From Heptranchias perlo (taxonomy: Eukaryota), in the NCBI RefSeq assembly GCF_035084215.1, contig NC_090339.1, positions 29,822,001-29,886,000 of the forward strand: 64,000 bases of DNA, in the 5' to 3' direction. The notes under the pieces are model-generated. The model was not told the DNA's origin and made no database searches. It saw nothing but the letters and a program-made list of their open reading frames with translations. How positions within the stretch are numbered: the stretch's first letter is position 1; each line of letters begins with the position of its first letter. Shown here in pieces: positions 26,004 through 36,099 of the stretch. Position numbers and translations under genes: made by a program.

Positions 26004-29000
26004 ATGTCTAGCTCGGAAGGTTTTGCTGCTATATTTTATAGCGAGCCAGGAGTTCTAGGGCTCCTGGCCAATGTGATCAGTGCCTTCCTTGTGGCTCTGC
26101 AGAATTTTGCTCAAGCCAATACAAATATTTTGGCTAATGGAACTGAAAACATCTTGGCAGGTGAGTAACAGCATGACAATGTGCTGTAGCTATAGTTAGT
26201 GATCTGCTCAGTGATAAGGACAACAATATAAAATATCATCTTATTTTGCTTAGACAGCAATAGTGACTGAATTTCAATGATATGAAAAGCTTTGAGATGT
26301 TTTGTTGTAATAATATTACTCAGGAAAAATGGTTTAGGATGATAGGATTTCATAACTCTGATATGAAATATTATGTTTTGTAAATAAAACAAACAAAATA
26401 TGAGCAATTATTATTCCATACTTTGTACTAGAAAGCAGATTAATGGGATCTATTAGAGGGAAAATAAAGATGGATTTAAAAAAATGTGTCATTCAAATAT
26501 TCATTTCAGATTGCAAAGGTGCTATGTAACTAAAGGGAAGATTAGTACATCATTTGCAATAAACAATATTCCTAGAACTACAATATCTGTTTTGCTGATC
26601 TAAAAGTGCTTTATAGTACACTCATTAGGGACAAATTTCTGCAGGAGTTCACTCGATTGTAACTTTGGTTGAAGAGCCGCAGAAACCCCTGAAAAATGGA
26701 AGAAATGCTGTTTACGCGTTTTTCTGGAGTTTCTACAGCTTTTCTGCTGAAGTCATGGTGGACGATCAGGAGAACCCCACAGACATTCACCCCCATTAAC
26801 TGTTAGCTCCCCTATAGTTTAGTGGATTACAGAATGTGCTCTAAAGTAACAATGGAAAAGGTCATCTTGATTAATATTCAGGGTATTAACTACCTTCTAT
26901 TTTAGAAGGGTGTCTATATTCAGGCTCTTGACATTGAAAATAGGGATTGGTTTATACGTTACTATACTTTAACATCACTGCAAAGCAGTATACACTTCAC
27001 AATAACACTAAAGTTGTCAGGACCTGATCTGACCCCTGAAATAAGCAATGTGGGACTCTGGAGAAAGCAGTCTCATATCACTCCCGTTTGACATTGAATG
27101 GGATATAATTCCAGTGCAGTGTCAAACTTGCTCCAAAGTTCCTTGGACCTCCTGCACACTTTATAAACTGACCCAAAGCTAACTTTAATGTTTAGAGAGT
27201 ATAAGCACACCCACATGCTCTCCCTAACTATTTATATTCCATGCGGTGTCAAATCCCAGCACTGTGAGACTGTCTCCTCCAATGATTGTCACACTTTTTC
27301 CCTTTGGGGTCAGTCAGGATCTGACTCCAGAGTTAGGCTGCAACTTTAGAGTTGTTACAAAGCAGAAAGCTCTTCTCAACAAAGCTAAAATTGTAGTATT
27401 AACAAATGCTAAGGAGATTTTGAATGAGGGATCCTTTTTTGAAAGGGCCGCTGATCCTGAGACCCCCCTTTTAAGTTATGCATTTAAACCTTACTTAAAG
27501 TTTATGGCGCTCATGAAGACCATATATTTGAATACCCAGTATAAGAAGTTTTTTGAAGGAACCTATGCTATTAAAGAATTTCCATTGTGTGTTTTCTAGG
27601 TGTTCACCTTATATTGATTGGTGGAGTGACACAACTTGTTGCTGGGCTAATGGCGTTCAGAAAGTACGACCATCTTGGTGGCACAGCCTTTATAGCTTTC
27701 TCAGCTTTGTGGAGCAGCTTTGGGGCAACTCGAATTATTCTGGGAGCAAACTCCCCTCTTAATGCCAGCTCCATCACTCTGTATCCAAAAAACACCAGTG
27801 TTGTAAATAATATTACAAGCACGGCTCTGCCTCCTATTAATGAGTCTGCTGTTGCAGGGCTAGTAGCTTACATCAGTGTAGCATTTATTTTGTCCTTCTG
27901 TTCAGCTACCACTAATTACATCATGCCCTTTGTGTTTGGGGCCATAACACTTACACTCGTTTTTGAGGCTGTAGGTCTCTTTAGCCAATGGGCTTTAATA
28001 GTATCTGGAATCTTTGAACTAGTGATAGTTATCTTTGGGCTTTATGGAGCCACTGCCCTGCTTTTAAAGGGAGTCACCCAGAGATACATCCTTCCTGGGT
28101 TTGGCAATGCATTATTCAATGTACTGCTTCTAGGAACAACTAACAAATCATCTTCTAAGAGCATTGGTGAAGAGAAGAAGAAGAACACCAAATATGCTGA
28201 GCCTATGGCCCTTGGCAACTTGTGCAGTGTGATTTCTCCCTTCATCTTTGCTTTTTACTGCTTTGGGTACATGAAATCCTTTTATGTGGGAGCTGTGTGG
28301 GTCAGCATCAATTCTATTGCACAACTTTTTGCCAGCTATTACGGTTACTTGCGCAATGATGTCTACTTTGCCACTAAATTTGGTGTCCATAGTATGTATT
28401 GGCTTGTGAAGTCCTGGGAAGAGTTCATTTTGACTGTCCTCATAAATGTTGATATTTTAGATAGCAGCAGAGCAAGGATGACAGGTGACTGGTTTTTCTT
28501 GGTCACAGCTTTGATTTTATGTCTGATGTCACTGAATAGAGACAAACTTGAAATAATCCATAATGGCTTTTTTGTTCTTCTCACCATCTCCACCATTCCT
28601 CAGATCAACAGTGTACCATATTACAGATTTTTTGGGGCAGTTTGCTCTATGTACACAGCCCTATCCCTTTATGTAACATTTGCCAGCCTAATCAACTCCA
28701 TAGCAGAAAAGGCATTGATTCCTATTGGAACCCAACTCCTCTCTTCAAAAACATTTCAGAATGTTCTATTTGCCCTGAAAAAAAAGTTCACCACAGCTGA
28801 AGAGCTTCCATCCTTTACTACTGTGCAGCTTCCAGATGCCCTCTTCTACATCTGCAATGGACTGGCAGCCCTGTCTGCCATCCAGAGTGCAAATTTAGAC
28901 CAGGTCCAAATTCATGTCACTATTCCCTGGGTGCTGATTCCTGGAGCTCTCATCCAACTTTATGTGTCCAGGATTCAAGTCCGAGGAGGAAGGCGCTTTG

Positions 29001-32000
29001 GCTCTGTGTTAACCTTCTGCTATGCAGCTTTATGGGCGACTTGGACCTGGCTTCGATTTGCAGGTATATTTATCAATGCAATATTACCATGAACAAACAA
29101 TCGCTAAAGATGATTTATATGTGTATGAACAACAAATGAAAATATTTTCGTATCTCACTTTGTAACTGGGATTTTAGTGTATATGTAATTTTTATTGATT
29201 TTCTGTATTTTCTAAAAATTATATTTCTTTAATCTGCACATTTTTAAATTAAAACAATTCAGATTATTCTTTATTACTAGGAGTGTCCCCAGTCAATCTC
29301 CCTAATGCAAAAATGGCCATTTTTACAAAAATAATCCTGTATTATTAAAATAATAGATGGTCAAGGGAATGAGCTATAGGCATGTATGCACTCCCCATTC
29401 ACTTGGGGCTTAAATTTACACTTGTGATTATACCAACCTCACAGTCACAGATTTGTCTATTATTTATTTCGACACGTCATAGTTCCAGTTTATAAAAAAA
29501 ACTCACACAACAGAAACAATGGAATACCATACGGCTATAAAATATGTTACTGTATGCTATTCAGATTAGCAAAACAGATTTTATTTTTCTCAGTTCTGAT
29601 ATAATAAGATAACACATTAAGGATACATAGACAACACCTAAGATCATGTCACTATTCCCTGTGTGCTGATCTCTGACTTTATGTGTTCAGGATTCAAGTA
29701 CAAGAAGGAAGGTGCTTTGGTATTGTACTATTATTCTGCTACACAGCTATCTGAATGAGCACTACTTTCTTTATCCTGCTAATGACTGTGAGTAATGTTA
29801 TGAATGCTTAACAACTTATACATTATGTTTCTCTTCACTACTTTAACAGAGGCATCAACTCATGTTAACATGGGTTAACACCTCTGCTAAAATAACAAAG
29901 AAAGGAAGTTATTATATGTGTATTAAAATTTCACACAAAAGCATCTCTCACAGTAAGTTCCAAGCTTATATCAATTCTCAGTGATACACATAGACCTGAA
30001 ATTTCCTTAAGAGCTTTCCTTGCCACCATATCTTCACTGGCAATTCCCAGCCATAATTTCCTGTTTCAAGTTAGTCTTTGTATTGTCAATAGTATTATCT
30101 GCTTATATTCATAACTGTGTGTAATGAGTTTCATAAATATGTATTTCTTCTGCAGGTCATTTGTTAAATATTGATCCCAGTTCTGATGGTGGATTCACTG
30201 TGGGTGCCATAGCTTTCCTTATAGTCAACATGTTTCTTATTATCTTAGGTGAGTGTTTTAGTTGCAATTTCTGCTCAGTTTGTGTACTTCAATACCTGCC
30301 GTCCAGGGGGAATTCATTTCTTGTGTGGTCTCTCTCACAGCCACTTATATTAATATAGTGCTGCTCACAGTCACAGTCATCATGGAAGTGATAATCATCT
30401 GTTTTCTACTCTTCACCCTTGAGAGACTACCTCTTCCTTTGGAAGGTCAGTCACTAGCTCAATTTATTTTTAATTTTTAAAAAATGTCTATTTTATCGGC
30501 ACGTGAACACTAAGGACTATTTCCCCCTACTGTTAACCCCACAGGTGTGATGCTGGCTTTGTTCAGTCTTTTCTGTGTTTATGGAGCAGTTGCCTCTTTT
30601 GCCAACCATATGTTTGGGAAACAACTAATTCCTCTGGGTGACCCTCTCTTCAAGGTAAATGCTTAATGGTATCTATTTACTTCTAATATTAATTGTTTTC
30701 CAATGTATTGCACACTGGGAGTCAAGGCTAAGTTTAGTCTTCAGGTGAAGTGGGATTACAGGGCTGAGGATAATTGGACAAGGGCGTGGAGATTCAGTCC
30801 CTATCTTAAAGTCATACATCTGTTCTTATTTTTATATATTTCAATTTTATATTATTATTTGTATTTAATTAACAAAACTTACTACAGTTTGGGAAGCAAA
30901 AAAGTGAAGTTGGTTGGAGCATAGGAGGTTCTATGCAGTACAAGCTAAGGAACTGGGAGACACAGTGCCACCACTGGCAGGAGGGCATGATTACAGTGTG
31001 ACAAGTTTACACAGGCAGTTTCCATTATAAATGTGGCCAATGAAACTTAGAATGAAACAAGCTGACAGGATGTGTACACAGTAGTAGGTACAGCACAGGA
31101 GGAAGCCATTCGGCCCATCATGCCTGTGCCAGCTCTTTGAAAGAGCTATCCAATTAGTCCCACTCCCCTGCTCTTTCCCCATAGTCCTGTAAATATTTTT
31201 CCTTCAATTATTTATCCAATTCTCTTTCGAAAGTTACTATTGAATCTGCTTCCACCATCCTTTCAGGCAGTGCATTAATAATATAAATGTGCAGGAATTT
31301 TGTAAGAAGCAAAATATTCTCTTCCTTTAATGTGGTAAGCTGACATACTTTGTTTCCCAGTAAAATTTGCTGGTCTACCATCATTAATTTGTTTTGAAAA
31401 AAAAATGTCTTTTGTAATGTGAGGTCTAACAGTGAAAGAATGCCAACATTATGCATTATTTTACATATAGGTTTTGACAGAATCCATTACACTTCAGAAG
31501 TCACACTTCAATATGTCAACAATATTTCATGCTGATTTTTTCCTTACCTAGAACTGGAAATTTTGCAAGCATCTACAACTTTGCAAACTTCCATCATCAA
31601 ACAGCAATTAAACACTGATTGAACTATTTACTTAGAGTAGCTAACTGTTGTGACCTTGAATGGGGGGCACTTAAACACAGCTCTATTCTATCAGCAGAGT
31701 AATACATTGTGTATTGCATGGTATAATGCTCCTGTCATTATGGAACAGCCTATCATCTGAGTTTCTGTGAGCAACACCACAAGAAACCCACTAGTTAAGG
31801 ATTAAACTACCTAGGATCATGATCATGGATTTAACATTCTTGATAGTTTATAAACTGCTAAAACGTACTGTTTATGGTTTGGGATGTCATCCAAACTCCC
31901 ACAGCTTTCTAATGCTCCATCAATTTTCTGCTATTTTTTGTTATTTACAAATGTCTTGCCCATTCATTAAAGAAAGGATGGTGTACAAAAGTTGTGCTCA

Positions 32001-33876
32001 TTTATGTAATTGCAAACAATATTTAAGCCTGTTTCATGAACAGAAAAAACTATATAAAACATTCTGACTATAATCTACATTGTCCTGTAACATACCTTTT
32101 ATTTGGCTTCTGAAGACTGCAATCTAGACCTTCTGTGTCGATTAATTTTGGAAAAACCTAAAGGATATTTTCATTATGATACGTTTATCAAAAACAAAAT
32201 ATTTTTCTGAAATGCCTTATACTTTTTTTTCATAAATCACAGCCAGGAAAAAACAAAAAGAAAGACCAAACCTCTTCGTCTTGTCACATTGCTTCTTCAC
32301 GTCAGACTAGCAGTCTACAAACTATTGCAAAGATCTTGGATTCTGGCCGTGTGTGTGGGATCCCAACTGATACTGTGTATGCTCTGGCAGCTTCCTGTAA
32401 GCAGCCACAGGCTGTTGAAAGTATCTACAACATAAAGGTAAGGATGCTAAAATCAGTGAGACAAAAATATGCTCAGACTGGATTCTTACAGCTTTTTATT
32501 CTTACCCAGTAAAATCATTAGCCACAAAGTGCTTTTCTCAGTCTTTTAACGCATGATTGCTGTGTTTGCTTTTCCAGGAGCGTCCTGCAGAGAAGCCTAT
32601 CTGTATATGTATTTCCAATCTGGACCAGCTTTCTGCTGTGCATCCTCCATTCAGCCCCTTGCTCTGGGAGTTCATGAACCATGTCTACCCTGGAGGGATC
32701 AGCTGTATTGTGAAGAAAGGAGAATGGCTAAAGAAACTAGGTATGTATTGTGATTGGTAGATCATTTTGAAGCAGGTGGTGGTCCCTATTCAAACAGCCA
32801 GTTACATCAGTTAATCAGTGTTAATCAGAGTGAGATTAGATTCTAAGAAAGTTCTGAAAATCAGATTGTATCCTTTATTAAAGGTGTTGGCGCTGCCTAT
32901 GATCGTGTTGGTACAAAGGACAGTATCATGATCCGTGTTCCTGACCACACTGTGACAGCCCATCTTGTGAATATGACTGGGCCACTCGCCATTACGTCAG
33001 CGAACCCGAGCGGAGAGCCTGATAGCACCCACCATGACATGGTTATCTCGTATGTATTTAAATATTACAATTGAATTAATTGTTGTTTTACCTTATAGTA
33101 CATGCATTTTTCATTGTAAGTGTTATCGTGTTTATCGACAGGCGTCTTGCACACAAGATTGATGGTGTTCTATGTGATGGAAACTCTAATGAATTGGTTG
33201 CTTCCACTGTTATCAACTGTACTAAGATTGATGAAGGTACTACAGCATTCTGTTCAAATATATTAATTATATACTCTTTTGGTTACTGATTAAACAGATT
33301 TTATCCAATAACTTTTACATTGTTTTAGCCCCTAAGGTGAGCCCCTATGTGTGAGTTTCTTTAAATTATATATTAGTTTTAATATGCTAACATAATCATA
33401 GTTGAGGTAGGAGAAGGAGTTGCAGTTGGACTGGCAGCACACATAGCAGTCTCATTCAGTGCTGAGTAATTTTCTGACATAGCATTTGTTACATTGATGA
33501 ATGTACTATTAACACTTGGGCAGATCAGCCCAATGCAACTCATGTTGACACCTGTGAGGTTCATAGAGGACGTACAATTGTAAACTGATTTTTCCAATAA
33601 CTTTGGCATTGGCGTAGCCCCCAAGGTTTACATATGAATGAGTTTTTTAAAAATAAGATGCTAGTATTAAAATTACTTTTTTCAATGATTCACTGCTTTT
33701 AATGCTTTCTAAAGACCACTTCAGCAGTAATTGTAATGGTCTTCAGCTGTGATTAATATTTTTCTAATAAAAATGATTTACTTTCTACAGAAGGAATCAC
33801 CATTATTAGAGAAGGCTGTGTCCCAGCAGTGAGGGTCATGCAGCTTTTTGAACGAGTGAAGAACAAACTTGACTGA
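26004..33876 (+). CDS. Uncharacterised polytopic membrane protein: 3x GPR1/FUN34/YaaH (SatP/AceTr)-like repeats plus C-terminal YrdC/Sua5 domain; 10 coding exons, ~877 aa
   Basis: Coding exons, GT-AG and phase-consistent, 2634 nt with no stops: 26004-26160, 27600-29063, 30156-30248, 30341-30445, 30545-30654, 32243-32437, 32578-32740, 32884-33049, 33142-33236, 33791-33876. SatP-like motifs: SEPGVLGL, GGVTQLVAGLMAFRKYDHLGGTAFIAFSALW, NHMFGKQLIPLG. YrdC motifs: GIPTDTVYAL, KERPAEKP, IRVPDH, TSANPSG, ASTVI, IIREG. Confidence 0.9.
27600..29063 (+). CDS. Large 1464-bp exon encoding most of the membrane region of the SatP-YrdC protein
   Basis: Lies within the strongly hydrophobic 501-aa ORF 27587..29092. 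Acceptor ttttctag|GT at 27599/27600; donor GCAG|gtatat at 29063. Confidence 0.92.
31085..31275 (-). mobile_element. CR1 3' end fragment (intronic)
   Basis: NALPERMVEADSIVTFERELDK plus CR1 3' UTR. Confidence 0.85.
32243..33876 (+). CDS. YrdC/Sua5 (TsaC-like) domain exons of the fusion protein
   Basis: Five exons translate to ...ILDSGRVCGIPTDTVYALAAS...IYNIKERPAEKPICIC...VYPGGISCIV...DSIMIRVPDH...GPLAITSANPSGEP...IDGVLCDG...ASTVINCT...ITIIREGCVP...stop. Confidence 0.9.
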
Positions 33877-35209
33877 TGGCAAACCTCAACTGACAGAAAC
33901 TTTCAAATCTGACATGTATTGAGGATACACAGATCAATTACATATAGTCACAATGCAAACAATAAGTCTGTTATACATGTGGATAATTTCCCATTACAAT
34001 TGACACATGTGGCAGTCGGTGTAATGCAGTGATATATAGTGGTTTCCTTTCACTACAGAGAATATGGGAGACTATGATTTGCTGCACTTTTGGAGCACTT
34101 TATTTTGCGGGGATGCAAAGACCTACGTTGTAACCATTGAATTCATTAATTGAAGATCTGAAACTGCATTTTCAATTGTTAAATACACCTCTAGTAAACA
34201 TCTGGGTGACACCTGCATGACAAACCTTTGTCATCTGTGAAGTCTGGTGCTACCCATACTGCAGTCATATTACATTGAAAATCAAAAATTGTCTATGCAG
34301 AATTCATTGCATATGTCTATCTGAACAAAATCATCTTAGGTTACCTTGTAACAACGAATTTCAGTGCGGGGATATGAAGATGAATAACGAGTTATTTATT
34401 GGTATCATATTTGTTGAAACAATAACCTGCACCGCCCCACCGCCCCACCACCCACCACCCCCCCCCCCCACCACCCTCCCGACCAGCTGTAAACTACAAT
34501 CTACCTCTGAGACATTAGTCTTCCTGCCCAGTTATAATCCCGGTGGCAATGCCGTCTTTTCTACTAATCCCGGTCTCAATAGGAAGATTGTCCTTTCTAT
34601 CATTTTGATGATAAAATTATACTTGTTGCCAACACTAAGTTTAATGGTAAGACAATACTTTAATAATACAAATGGCAGACATAAAAAGAAAAACTACATA
34701 TTCTGGAAATTTGAAATAAAAACAGAAAACACAGCAGGTCAATCAGTATCTGAAAGTGAAAAGAAGGTTAACATTTCAGGTAGAATCCTTGATCAGAACT
34801 GACTTGTTTTTATTTCTCTAGTAGATCTAAATTAGCATACTGTTGTAATGTGTCCAGGAAACACTTTGCGGACACTTAATCAGTTAATAACATTCAAATA
34901 ATAGAAAAAAAGTTTAGAAAAACACTAAATAGGAAATACAGTCAGGTCACTGTAATTATAGCCTAGAAACAACTGTGAATTATTTTACACTATATTCATG
35001 TCATTATTTTGGTAGTTTAACAGAGGCAATAATCTGCTTATTTCAAATAGGTTAAAATTTCCTTTAAAAGAGCAGACAATTTAATGCCATACACACACAT
35101 TATGCAAATAGATCACAATAATTTCCAGACTTATTTATGTTATGCAACTAGTCTGCTACTACAGATACATTCTGATTGTAATGTTTTGTTGTCTGGATGT
35201 TATTGTAAC

Positions 35210-35395
35210 TGTGCCTGAAAGGGTGGTGGAAGCAAATTCAATAGTAACTTTCAAAAAGGGAATTGGATATATACTTGAAAAGGAGACATTTGCAGGGCTA
35301 TGGGGAAAGAGCGAGAGTGGGACTAACTGGATAACTCTTTTAAAGAGCTGGCACAGGCATAATGGGCTGAATGGCCTCCTTCTGTGCTGTAAGAA
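35210..35395 (+). mobile_element. CR1 3' end fragment (in putative 3' UTR)
   Basis: PERVVEANSIVTFK plus ...ggctgaatggcctccttctgtgctgtaa. Confidence 0.85.
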
Positions 35396-35793
35396 TTTAT
35401 GTTTCTACGTACAATGAGAGATATTACTGTATATTAATATTTATATTTAAATTCTAGCTATTTTACACAAAAAAATTAAAATAGTTTATGTTTGTTCTTT
35501 AAGAACTTTTTCAACAAGTAATTCTGTGCTCATAAATCATTGTCTCTGCCCAGGAGTGATTTAGTCGAATGGCCATATATTATTTGTTTAGATGTGTCTT
35601 TGTTTTCAATCCAAGCAATCTGTCTGATTTTTGTCAAAACCACTTGAATATCAAGATACTATCTAGAAAATGAAGGCTATAACGATGAAGATTTGATAAA
35701 GTTATACATGAAGATTTTGTGTTAGATATCTGTTTCTTGTATGAAGAAAGCGATGTGTAAATTCTTCCATTGTACATTTGTGAAGATTATGTC

Positions 35794-35799
35794 AATAAA
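35794..35799 (+). terminator. Candidate polyadenylation signal of the SatP-YrdC gene
   Basis: AATAAA followed about 25 nt later by a GT/T-rich tract, 1.9 kb after the stop codon. Confidence 0.4.
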
Positions 35800-36099
35800 C
35801 ATTGCTCATTTATACCACATCTGCTTTGTTCTATCATGTTTTATGTGTGCTCTCTAGCAATTGCACTTTTTAACTGAACGCAAATTAAATCTGAAGAGAC
35901 CTTTATGAAATGAGACCTGCCTCTTGGTCCTGCAAGTTGAAGTATTACCTATGAATGTTTTCCGTTCCTGTTGGGGTCATCAAGGGGCTGTTGGAGATTA
36001 AGACTGAGAAGTAGTAAAGGAAACCATTCTCTTGGGTTACTTCTGTAATTTATAAACCCTAATATCTTGAGAAGTTATCATAAGAAGAATTGGGATCCC

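Noticed and set aside
27587-29092. 501-aa ORF as a stand-alone, bacterial-like transporter or contamination
   Set aside because: It is bounded by canonical splice sites and joins in phase to nine other exons amid vertebrate repeats.
33379-33624. 81-aa antisense ORF in the last intron of the channel gene
   Set aside because: No recognisable motif or splice support.
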